Source: Escherichia phage 9W. From it: DNA of 31,622 bases. Of this stretch, positions 18,485 to 26,672 are shown piece after piece. The notes under the pieces are model-generated. The model made no database searches and was not told the origin of the DNA. It worked only from the letters and a program-made list of their open reading frames with translations. The stretch is taken from the sequence record OM475431; one strand, written 5' to 3'. The first letter of the stretch is position 1. The number at the start of each line of letters is the position of its first letter. The position numbers and the translations under genes are program-made.

Positions 18485-20924
18485 CAATGTAAAATTACAG
18501 GTATTGCTCAGGGCTGTTGACCAGGCATCCCGCCCGTTTAAATCCATCCGCACAGCGAGTAAGTCGCTGTCGGGGGATATCCGGGAAACACAAAAATCAC
18601 TGCGCGAGCTGAACGGTCAGGCATCCCGTATTGAGGGATTCCGCAAGACCAGCGCACAGCTCGCCGTGACTGGTCATGCACTTGAAAAGGCACGGCAGGA
18701 AGCCGAAGCCCTTGCCACACAGTTTAAAAACACCGAACGTCCGACCCGTGCTCAGGCGAAAGTGCTGGAATCCGCAAAGCGAGCGGCGGAGGACTTACAG
18801 GCGAAATATAACCGCCTGACGGATTCCGTTAAACGCCAGCAGCGGGAACTGGCCGCTGTGGGAATTAATACCCGCAATCTTGCACATGATGAGCAGGGAC
18901 TGAAAAACCGTATCAGTGAAACCACCGCACAGCTTAACCGACAGCGTGACGCGCTGGCGCGTGTCAGTGCACAACAGGCAAAACTTAACGCAGTAAAACA
19001 GCGTTATCAGGCCGGAAAGGAGCTGGCCGGAAATATGGCCTCAGTGGGCGCTGCCGGTGTGGGGATTGCTGCTGCGGGAACGATGGCCGGAGTTAAGCTG
19101 CTGATGCCCGGTTATGAGTTTGCGCAGAAAAACTCAGAATTGCAGGCCGTGCTCGGAGTGGCAAAAGACTCCGCCGAAATGACCGCACTACGCAAACAGG
19201 CGCGCCAGCTCGGCGATAATACCGCCGCCTCGGCGGATGATGCGGCCGGTGCACAGATAATCATCGCGAAAGCGGGTGGGGATGTTGATGCCATTCAGGC
19301 GGCAACGCCGGTCACGCTGAATATGGCGCTGGCGAACCGCCGCACGATGGAAGAAAACGCCGCCCTGCTGATGGGGATGAAATCCGCCTTTCAGCTTTCA
19401 AACGATAAGGTCGCTCATATCGGGGATGTTCTCTCCATGACGATGAACAAAACCGCCGCCGATTTTGACGGCATGAGCGATGCGCTGACCTATGCCGCAC
19501 CTGTGGCAAAAAATGCCGGTGTCAGCATTGAAGAAACCGCCGCAATGGTCGGGGCACTGCATGATGCAAAAATTACCGGTTCAATGGCGGGGACGGGAAG
19601 CCGTGCCGTGTTAAGCCGTCTGCAGGCACCGACGGGAAAAGCATGGGATGCACTCAAAGAGCTTGGTGTGAAAACCTCAGACAGCAAGGGAAACACCCGG
19701 CCAGTATTTACCATTCTGAAAGAAATGCAGGCCAGTTTTGAGAAAAACCGGCTCGGTACTGCCCAGCAGGCTGAATACATGAAAACTATTTTCGGGGAGG
19801 AGGCCAGCTCAGCCGCCGCCGTGCTGATGACTGCCGCCTCAACCGGAAAGCTGGACAAACTGACCGCTGCGTTTAAAGCCTCAGACGGGAAGACTGCCGA
19901 GCTGGTAAATATCATGCAGGACAACCTCGGCGGTGACTTTAAGGAGTTTCAGTCCGCTTATGAGGCGGTAGGGACAGACCTGTTTGACCAGCAGGAAGGC
20001 GCACTGCGTAAGCTCACACAGACGGCCACAAAGTATGTGTTAAAACTCGACGGCTGGATACAGAAAAACAAATCACTGGCGTCAACCATTGGCATCATTG
20101 CCGGTGGCGCGCTGGCGCTTATTGGCATCATCGGTGCAATTGGTCTTGTAGCCTGGCCGGTTATCACCGGCATCAATGCCATCATCGCGGCAGCAGGCGC
20201 AATGGGTGCAATCTTCACGACGGTTGGCAGTGCTGTTATGACTGCTATCGGGGTGATTAGCTGGCCGGTTGTGGCAGTGGTGGCCGCCATTGTCGCCGGG
20301 GCGTTGCTTATCCGTAAATACTGGGAGCCTGTCAGCGCATTCTTTGGCGGTGTGGTGGAAGGGCTGAAAGCGGCATTTGCGCCGGTGGGAGAACTGTTCA
20401 CGCCACTGAAGCCGGTGTTTGACTGGCTGGGGGAAAAGTTACAGGCTGCGTGGCAGTGGTTTAAAAACCTGATTGCACCGGTCAAAGCCACCCGGGACAC
20501 CCTGAACCGTTGCCGTGACACGGGCGTCATGTTCGGGCAGGCACTGGCTGACGCGCTGATGCTGCCGCTTAATGCGTTCAACAAATTACGCAGCGGCATT
20601 GACTGGGTACTGGAAAAGCTCGGGGTCATCAACAAAGAGTCAGACACACTTGACCAGACCGCCGCCAGAACTCATGCCGCCACGTATGGCACCGGTGGTT
20701 ATATTCCGGCGGCCAGCTCTTATGCAGGCTATCAGGCTTATCAGCCGGTCACGGCACCGGCTGGCCGCTCTTATGTGGACCAGAGTAAAAACGAATATCA
20801 CATCAGCCTGACGGGTGGTACTGCACCGGGGACACAGCTTGACCGCCAGTTACAGGATGCGCTCGAAAAATACGAGCGGGATAAACGTGCGCGCGCCCGT
20901 GCCAGCATGATGCATGACGGTTAA
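18477..20924 (+). CDS. T: Tail tape measure protein
   Basis: 815 aa, P2 gpT length; coiled-coil N-terminal half, hydrophobic Gly/Ala-rich central segment. Confidence 0.9.
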   Translation: MSNNVKLQVLLRAVDQASRPFKSIRTASKSLSGDIRETQKSLRELNGQASRIEGFRKTSAQLAVTGHALEKARQEAEALATQFKNTERPTRAQAKVLESAKRAAEDLQAKYNRLTDSVKRQQRELAAVGINTRNLAHDEQGLKNRISETTAQLNRQRDALARVSAQQAKLNAVKQRYQAGKELAGNMASVGAAGVGIAAAGTMAGVKLLMPGYEFAQKNSELQAVLGVAKDSAEMTALRKQARQLGDNTAASADDAAGAQIIIAKAGGDVDAIQAATPVTLNMALANRRTMEENAALLMGMKSAFQLSNDKVAHIGDVLSMTMNKTAADFDGMSDALTYAAPVAKNAGVSIEETAAMVGALHDAKITGSMAGTGSRAVLSRLQAPTGKAWDALKELGVKTSDSKGNTRPVFTILKEMQASFEKNRLGTAQQAEYMKTIFGEEASSAAAVLMTAASTGKLDKLTAAFKASDGKTAELVNIMQDNLGGDFKEFQSAYEAVGTDLFDQQEGALRKLTQTATKYVLKLDGWIQKNKSLASTIGIIAGGALALIGIIGAIGLVAWPVITGINAIIAAAGAMGAIFTTVGSAVMTAIGVISWPVVAVVAAIVAGALLIRKYWEPVSAFFGGVVEGLKAAFAPVGELFTPLKPVFDWLGEKLQAAWQWFKNLIAPVKATRDTLNRCRDTGVMFGQALADALMLPLNAFNKLRSGIDWVLEKLGVINKESDTLDQTAARTHAATYGTGGYIPAASSYAGYQAYQPVTAPAGRSYVDQSKNEYHISLTGGTAPGTQLDRQLQDALEKYERDKRARARASMMHDG

Positions 20925-20938
20925 GGAGGTGACGAAAA

Positions 20939-21418
20939 ATGATGCTCGCGTTAGGTATGTTTGTTTTTATGCGCCAGACGCTGCCACACCAGACCATGCA
21001 GCGTGAATCAGATTATCGCTGGCCGTCAAATTCCCGTATCGGTAAACGGGATGCCTTTCAGTTTCTCGGTGTGGGTGAGGAAAACATCACGCTTGCCGGT
21101 GTGCTTTATCCCGAACTGACCGGCGGCAAGCTGACGATGACCACGCTCAGACTGATGGCAGAGGAAGGCCGGGCGTGGCCGTTGCTGGATGGCACCGGCA
21201 TGATTTACGGCATGTATGTCATCGGCAGGGTGAGTGAAACAGGGAGTATTTTCTTTGCAGACGGCACACCACGGAAAATTGATTTTACGCTGTCGCTCAC
21301 CCGCGTTGATGAGTCACTGGCCGCGCTTTATGGCGATATCGGTAAACAGGCAGAATCGCTCATCGGTAAGGCTGGCAGTATGGCGACTAAATTCACGGGT
21401 ATGACGGGGGCGGGATAA
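20939..21418 (+). CDS. U: Tail protein U
   Basis: 159 aa, P2 gpU length and position. Confidence 0.88.
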   Translation: MMLALGMFVFMRQTLPHQTMQRESDYRWPSNSRIGKRDAFQFLGVGEENITLAGVLYPELTGGKLTMTTLRLMAEEGRAWPLLDGTGMIYGMYVIGRVSETGSIFFADGTPRKIDFTLSLTRVDESLAALYGDIGKQAESLIGKAGSMATKFTGMTGAG

Positions 21419-22581
21419 TGCTGGATGCGCTGACATTTGATGCAGGCAGTACGCTGACGCCGGATTACATGCTGATGCTCGACAGCAGGGATATTACCGG
21501 CAATATCAGCGACCGTCTGATGAGCATGACCCTGACGGATAACCGGGGCTTTGAGGCTGACCAGCTTGATATTGAACTGAACGATGCCGACGGGCAGGTC
21601 GGGCTGCCGGTTCGTGGCGCTGTCCTGACGGTGTATATCGGCTGGAAAGGTTTTGCCCTGGTATGCAAGGGGAAATTTACCGTTGATGAGGTTGAACACC
21701 GGGGCGCGCCAGATGTGGTCACCATCCGCGCCCGGAGTGCAGATTTTCGCGGGACGCTCAATTCCCGCCGGGAAGGCTCCTGGCATGACACCACGCTCGG
21801 TGCGATTGTTGAGGCGATAGCCTCCCGTAACAGGCTGGAAGCCAGTGTTGCTCCGTCACTGGCCGGAATAAAAATTCCACACATCGACCAGTCGCAGGAG
21901 TCCGATGCGAAATTTCTGACCCGTCTTGCAGAACGCAACGGCGGTGAGGTGTCGGTAAAAATGGGAAAACTGCTGTTTCTCAAAGCGGGGCAGGGGGTGA
22001 CGGCCAGCGGTAAAAAAATCCCGCAGGTCACCATAACCCGCAGCGACGGCGACCGCCACCATTTTGCGATTGCTGACCGTGGAGCCTATACCGGCGTAAC
22101 GGCAAAGTGGCTTCACACCAAAGACCCGAAGCCGCAAAAGCAGAAGGTAAAACTGAAACGCAAAAAGAAAGAAAAACACCTGCGCGCACTGGAGCACCCG
22201 AAAGCAAAACCGGTCACGCAGAAGAAAGCGCCAAAAGTACCGGAAACGCGCGAAGGTGAATACATGGCCGGTGAGGCTGACAACGTTTTTGCCCTGACCA
22301 CGGTATATGCCACAAAAGCGCAGGCCATGCGCGCCGCTCAGGCGAAGTGGGATAAATTGCAACGGGGTGTTGCGGAGTTCTCCATCAGCCTGGCTACTGG
22401 TCGGGCTGATATTTACACGGAAACACCGGTTAAAGTGTCAGGCTTTAAGCGCGTCATAGACGAGCAGGACTGGACAATCACTAAGGTGACACATTTTCTG
22501 AATAATAGCGGCTTCACGACGTCCCTGGAGCTTGAGGTCAGGCTTTCTGATGTGGAGTACGAAACAGAAGATGATGAGTGA
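21418..22581 (+). CDS. D: Tail protein D (late control gene D)
   Basis: 387 aa, P2 gpD length; start overlaps the U stop. Confidence 0.88.
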   Translation: MLDALTFDAGSTLTPDYMLMLDSRDITGNISDRLMSMTLTDNRGFEADQLDIELNDADGQVGLPVRGAVLTVYIGWKGFALVCKGKFTVDEVEHRGAPDVVTIRARSADFRGTLNSRREGSWHDTTLGAIVEAIASRNRLEASVAPSLAGIKIPHIDQSQESDAKFLTRLAERNGGEVSVKMGKLLFLKAGQGVTASGKKIPQVTITRSDGDRHHFAIADRGAYTGVTAKWLHTKDPKPQKQKVKLKRKKKEKHLRALEHPKAKPVTQKKAPKVPETREGEYMAGEADNVFALTTVYATKAQAMRAAQAKWDKLQRGVAEFSISLATGRADIYTETPVKVSGFKRVIDEQDWTITKVTHFLNNSGFTTSLELEVRLSDVEYETEDDE

Positions 22582-22599
22582 TGTTTTTATTTTATCTAT

Positions 22600-22628
22600 T
22601 TGTTTTATAAGGATAAATTAACTAAAAT
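22600..22628 (+). promoter_or_regulatory. Candidate sigma70 promoter for ogr (TTGTTT-N17-TAAAAT)
   Basis: -35-like hexamer at 22600-22605 and -10 TAAAAT at 22623-22628 with a 17-nt spacer, in the AT-rich D-ogr gap. Confidence 0.45.
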
Positions 22629-22662
22629 GGCACCATCAACAAAACCGGAAGAGGTGCTCGCG

Positions 22663-22881
22663 ATGTTTCATTGTCCTTTATGCCAGCATGCCGCACATGC
22701 GCGTACAAGCCGCTATATCACTGACACGACAAAAGAGCGTTATCACCAGTGTCAGAACGTGAATTGCAGCGCCACGTTCATCACTTATGAGTCGGTACAG
22801 CGATACATCGTAAAGCCGGGAGAAGTCCACGCCGTAAGGCCGCACCCGTTACCGTCAGGGCAGCAAATTATGTGGATGTAA
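22663..22881 (+). CDS. ogr: Late-gene transcriptional activator Ogr (zinc finger)
   Basis: Start at ATG 22663 (MFHCPLCQHAAH...) with GAGG 8 nt upstream gives 72 aa as in P2 Ogr; C-x2-C ... C-x4-C zinc-finger cysteines. Confidence 0.9.
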   Translation: MFHCPLCQHAAHARTSRYITDTTKERYHQCQNVNCSATFITYESVQRYIVKPGEVHAVRPHPLPSGQQIMWM

Positions 22882-22891
22882 TTACAAACAG

Positions 22892-22920
22892 AAAGCCCCT
22901 CAGTCGAGGGGCTTTTTTTG
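22892..22920 (+). terminator. Rho-independent terminator after ogr
   Basis: AAAGCCCCTC-agtc-GAGGGGCTTT stem-loop followed by a T-run. Confidence 0.8.
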
Positions 22921-22983
22921 TCGATGTGGTCAATGTGTGGACGTGACCAGAAATAAATCCTTTTATTTCATTGAATTACGCGT

Positions 22984-23010
22984 AAAAAATAAGCCCGTGT
23001 AAGGGAGATT
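22984..23010. other. attP: attP core (AAAAAATAAGCCCGTGTAAGGGAGATT)
   Basis: Matches the 27-bp P2 attachment core as I recall it; lies between ogr and int as in P2. Confidence 0.7.
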
Positions 23011-23089
23011 TAGGGTGTCACCAGTAGGGGCTTTCAACGGTACAATGCGGGTTTGAGCGGCATAAATTACCACTGAAAGCCCTTAAACG

Positions 23090-24103
23090 TTACTCTACTG
23101 TGGACACTGTGTGGACACTCTCGGCCTCAGTACCACCTCTTAGCGGATTAAGAGAAATGGCGTCCTGAAGGTACTCTGGCGCAAAATGAGCGTAAACCAT
23201 AGTTTGCTCAATCCGCGTGTGACCTAGTATCCGTTGTAGCGTGATAATACTTCCTCCATTAATCATGAAATGAGTGGCAAAGCTGTGCCTTAGTGCATGT
23301 GTGGCTTGCCCCATTGGCAAATCCGGTTTTATTGCTTTCATTGTTCGTCTGAAGCGAGGGTAATCAGCATCAGGGAATAAAAAACCTCGTTTGTTATCCG
23401 CGATCATTTTGGCAACAGCCTCTGAGATCGGGACGGTGCGTGGTTTGTTTGTTTTCGTTTTAACAAACGTGACGCGGTTATGGATGATATTTTCTGCTTT
23501 CAAACGAGCTGCTTCTCCCCAACGTGCTCCAGTACTCAGGCAAAGAATCGCAATCTTTTTGTTGTCGCCGTCAAGAGCAGCAAGCAGTAAGGCAATTTCT
23601 TCCTGCGTGAGATAGCCTGTGTCTGGTTTTTCCTCCTTAAGCCTTTTTGTCCCTCTGATAGGGTGCTCACCAAAGAATAACTCCGCTTCAATCAGGGCTG
23701 TAAACATGCCGCTAATACATGTTAAATCACGATTGATACTCGAAGGTTTAATACCCTGACTTCTTCGGGTGGCGCAGTACTGGCTGATAAGCGATTTCGT
23801 AATTTGAAATGCGCATGGGTCATTCGTTATTTTTGTGAAGATTTCAATTTTTCCAAGATTAGATTTCCCATGCTCTTCGTGTTTACCCTTTAAATCCCAC
23901 CAGATCTGTGTCAGCTCCGACAGACGTCGCTTGTCTGTTGGTTTTGATAGCCATTCTTTATTGTGGTGGTTGTACAACGTGTATTTCTCGAAAGCGACAG
24001 CTTCGCTTTTCTTATCAAACTTCCTACGGATGCGTTTTCCATTACGTCCAGTAGGGCGGATGTCCACTTCATATCGACCATCATCGAGTTTTTTGATTGC
24101 CAT
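23090..24103 (-). CDS. int: Tyrosine integrase
   Basis: 337 aa, P2 Int length; catalytic region HALRHSFATHF ... LGHTRIEQTMVYAHF. Confidence 0.9.
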   Translation of the reverse strand: MAIKKLDDGRYEVDIRPTGRNGKRIRRKFDKKSEAVAFEKYTLYNHHNKEWLSKPTDKRRLSELTQIWWDLKGKHEEHGKSNLGKIEIFTKITNDPCAFQITKSLISQYCATRRSQGIKPSSINRDLTCISGMFTALIEAELFFGEHPIRGTKRLKEEKPDTGYLTQEEIALLLAALDGDNKKIAILCLSTGARWGEAARLKAENIIHNRVTFVKTKTNKPRTVPISEAVAKMIADNKRGFLFPDADYPRFRRTMKAIKPDLPMGQATHALRHSFATHFMINGGSIITLQRILGHTRIEQTMVYAHFAPEYLQDAISLNPLRGGTEAESVHTVSTVE

Positions 24104-24156
24104 CAGAAAACCCTCCGAGTGGTGTGTTTTTTTGCGACTACTAATCGCTTTTTTCG

Positions 24157-24177
24157 TGGTGGCTGAAATTTAGCCAC
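24157..24177. other. 7-bp inverted repeat (GGTGGCT-gaaattt-AGCCACC) in the int leader between C and int
   Basis: Seen in sequence; not followed by a U-tract in either orientation; possible regulatory stem-loop. Confidence 0.4.
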
Positions 24178-24218
24178 CAATAGTAGGCACTTGTGATGAA
24201 TATATTCACGATGAATTG

Positions 24219-24518
24219 TTAACCAGTCTTTTGACCGGAGTGGGGCGACGTTGTTTCGTTTTGCCCAAAGTGTGCGAGAGCGGGCGCAATTTGCCCGGAC
24301 TCAGGAGCGATCTGATTGGTCATGAACCATAAAGTGTATTTGGTGAATTGTGGGGTCTGCAGGATGTTCATCATGACATCTGTTGGAGGTGTTGAACGAC
24401 CACTTTCATAGTAACTCAGCGTGCCATACGGAACCCCTGTTAAATCAGCAAGTTGTTGTCTGCTCAAATACTCTGATTTTCGCATTAAGACTATCTTCTC
24501 GCTTATCGTGTTTGACAT
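24219..24518 (-). CDS. C: Immunity repressor C
   Basis: 99 aa with a helix-turn-helix (LSRQQLADLTGVPYGTLSYYESG); P2 C length and position, divergent from cox. Confidence 0.9.
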   Translation of the reverse strand: MSNTISEKIVLMRKSEYLSRQQLADLTGVPYGTLSYYESGRSTPPTDVMMNILQTPQFTKYTLWFMTNQIAPESGQIAPALAHFGQNETTSPHSGQKTG

Positions 24519-24551
24519 GGTGTTTAGATCTCAATAGTATCTAGTTTAGAT
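24512..24551 (+). promoter_or_regulatory. Early promoter Pe (TTGACA-N17-TAGTAT) with two direct-repeat operators (GTTTAGAT at 24522-24529 and 24544-24551) flanking the -10
   Basis: -35 TTGACA at 24512-24517, -10 TAGTAT at 24535-24540; 8-bp direct repeats 22 bp apart; consistent with the P2 C operator and face-to-face Pe/Pc arrangement. A candidate leftward Pc -10 (TATAAT on the minus strand, 24590-24595) has a poor -35. Confidence 0.6.
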
Positions 24552-24632
24552 GTAGATTGTTTAGTGCTTGGATGTGGGCACTAAAAGGCATTATAAGACA
24601 TTAAACGCAATTCATGAGGGCTAGAGGACGAC

Positions 24633-24908
24633 ATGAGCAAGCAAGTAACACTCATGACTGATGCGATTCCTTATCAGGAGTTCGCAAAACTAATAGGAAA
24701 ATCGACAGGAGCGGTTCGTCGGATGATCGATAAAGGAAAGCTGCCTGTAATTGATATGACCGATCCACAATCAGCTTCAGGTCGTGCAGGTGAATATTGG
24801 GTATACCTTCCGGCATGGAATAACGGACTAAAACTGGCTTATGAAAGCCGCCCTAAAGAGATTCGTGACGGCTGGTTGATGTGGTTAGGTCTCGGTGAAC
24901 CACGTTAA
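24633..24908 (+). CDS. cox: Cox (excisionase / transcriptional regulator)
   Basis: 91 aa, P2 Cox length and position; AGAGGA Shine-Dalgarno. Confidence 0.88.
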   Translation: MSKQVTLMTDAIPYQEFAKLIGKSTGAVRRMIDKGKLPVIDMTDPQSASGRAGEYWVYLPAWNNGLKLAYESRPKEIRDGWLMWLGLGEPR

Positions 24909-24918
24909 GGAGAACCGT

Positions 24919-25089
24919 ATGAATGAGCCTCGTTGTATTGCTCAGTTACTGCGTAACGAAAGCCCCAGGGCGATTGACTTCACCATCACCCACGGTAAGG
25001 GGCGTAAGGGAATCATTATCCGCACCAAAAAACAGAGTCCGTTAAAAAAGGCTCTGACCTTTCTGAAAAGCCGGAGGGCCTGGAAATGA
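24919..25089 (+). CDS. Small early protein (P2 orf78 position)
   Basis: ATG at 24919 is preceded by a strong AAGGAG Shine-Dalgarno (24907-24912); the track ORF starts at an upstream in-frame ATG at 24895, so the start is ambiguous. Confidence 0.5.
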   Translation: MNEPRCIAQLLRNESPRAIDFTITHGKGRKGIIIRTKKQSPLKKALTFLKSRRAWK

Positions 25090-25586
25090 CAGTGATGACG
25101 CTCAATCTCGTTGAAAAACAGCCAGCAGCTATGCGCCGGATAATTGGTAAGCATCTTGCCGTTCCTCGCTGGCAGGATACATGTGATTATTATAATCAGA
25201 TGATGGAGCGCGAACGGCTAACAGTTTGCTTTCATGCGCAGTTAAAACAACGTCACGCAACGATGCGTTTTGAAGAAATGAACGACGTCGAACGTGAACG
25301 GCTGGTTTGTGCAATTGATGAATTGCGTGGCGCATTCTCAAAACGCCGTCAGGTTGGCGCAAGTGAGTATGCATATATTAGTTTTTTAACAGTCAGTCAG
25401 CGTCGCACTTTATTTATGCACGCACGACTGACTGAAAAAGAATTCAACCAGCCATACTGGCGAATTAATGAAGAATCATGTTACTGGCGTGATGCTTTGT
25501 TCCGTGCATTACGTGAATTATTCAGCCTGTTTGAGTATGCACCGACAATTCTGACGTCGGTAAAACCAGAGCAATATCTGCATTAA
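25086..25586 (+). CDS. B: Replication protein B (helicase-loader function in P2)
   Basis: 166 aa, P2 gpB length and position. Confidence 0.85.
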   Translation: MTVMTLNLVEKQPAAMRRIIGKHLAVPRWQDTCDYYNQMMERERLTVCFHAQLKQRHATMRFEEMNDVERERLVCAIDELRGAFSKRRQVGASEYAYISFLTVSQRRTLFMHARLTEKEFNQPYWRINEESCYWRDALFRALRELFSLFEYAPTILTSVKPEQYLH

Positions 25587-25649
25587 ATAATTAACCAGAG
25601 TTTTTAACGCACTTAATCGTGCGGGGCTTCTTTTTGCCTGGAGAAAGTC

Positions 25650-25874
25650 ATGCATACAGTTTCTGAAAATCAGTGCGGTATATACGCATTAATGCTGCAA
25701 CAGGCCAGAACCGAAGCACAGGCCGACGCTGCGACGCGCTTTTCTTCTCATCTTGACGCCATGATTCGCCACATCACAAAGGCGGAGTTATCCCGCGTGG
25801 AGATAGTCGAGCTGCTCAGTCAGGAGTCGGAAAAATTTCACAATATCGGATTGTCTCGCGGGGAGGTGCTTTGA
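25650..25874 (+). CDS. Hypothetical early protein (P2 orf80 position)
   Basis: 74-aa ORF in the early operon, translationally coupled to the next ORF. Confidence 0.6.
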   Translation: MHTVSENQCGIYALMLQQARTEAQADAATRFSSHLDAMIRHITKAELSRVEIVELLSQESEKFHNIGLSRGEVL

Positions 25875-26176
25875 TGTCCTGTTCTCGTTCAGTTGTATTA
25901 CTGAATAACGCCCTAAAAATCGCCGTTATGAAAAATGGCGATTTGTCTCTTATTCAACTTGGTCTTGATAAAGAAAAACGCGAAATAACTGAGTCTGTTA
26001 TCGCGATTTATCAGAACGAATTAAATCTCCTGTCTGATGTGGTCAATTTACTTGTTAAACGCGCTGTATTTCACAAGCAAATCTCCTCCGTGGATGAACT
26101 GACGAAATTAACGACAGAAATTGCCAGTTATTGCGCTGATGAATTTAAAAACCTTAACGACAAAAGGAACTGGTAA
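25871..26176 (+). CDS. Hypothetical early protein (P2 orf81 position)
   Basis: 101-aa ORF with overlapping stop/start on both sides. Confidence 0.6.
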   Translation: MMSCSRSVVLLNNALKIAVMKNGDLSLIQLGLDKEKREITESVIAIYQNELNLLSDVVNLLVKRAVFHKQISSVDELTKLTTEIASYCADEFKNLNDKRNW

Positions 26177-26400
26177 TGCCGGACAACGTAGATTTTATTC
26201 AGGAACAACAGGCTGAATTACTGGAGCGCCAGATTAACGCGGCAAGGGTAAAACATTGCGGTGCTTCTGCGCTGGTTTGCGAAGAGTGTGACGCGCCAAT
26301 ACCTGCTGCCCGTCGTGCGGCTTATCCGTCAGCCACGCGTTGTGTTTCCTGTCAGTCAGTCTTTGAAGCAAAAAACAAACATTACCGGAGAATGGCATGA
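26176..26400 (+). CDS. TraR/DksA-type C4 zinc-finger protein (P2 orf82 position)
   Basis: 74 aa with a C-x2-C ... C-x2-C motif (CEECDAPIPAARRAAYPSATRCVSCQ). Confidence 0.7.
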   Translation: MPDNVDFIQEQQAELLERQINAARVKHCGASALVCEECDAPIPAARRAAYPSATRCVSCQSVFEAKNKHYRRMA

Positions 26401-26672
26401 GTATTCGTATCGAAATTGGCGAACGTTATGTCGTTACCAGTGACAGCTTTCAGTTTATTCTCCACGAGAAAAAGAGAGCGGAAAGCGGTAAAAACGCCGG
26501 TCAGGAATGGCTGTCGGTGGTTGGTTATTACCCGAAATTAAGCCAGCTCGTTTCCGGCCTGATGCATCACGATATTCTGACCGGAAGCGCAAAGTCTTTT
26601 GCTGATTTAAACGCGCAGGTTGAGCAACTCAGCAAGCGTTGTTCAGAGGCTTTTGGCTCATATGGCCGTTAA
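26397..26672 (+). CDS. Hypothetical early protein (P2 orf83 position)
   Basis: 91-aa ORF; overlaps the A start by 11 nt. Confidence 0.6.
   Translation: MSIRIEIGERYVVTSDSFQFILHEKKRAESGKNAGQEWLSVVGYYPKLSQLVSGLMHHDILTGSAKSFADLNAQVEQLSKRCSEAFGSYGR

Noticed and set aside
22921-23089. Prophage boundaries (attL/attR) or host flanking sequence
   Set aside because: attP is intact between ogr and int and the window ends are a self-overlap, so there is no host junction.
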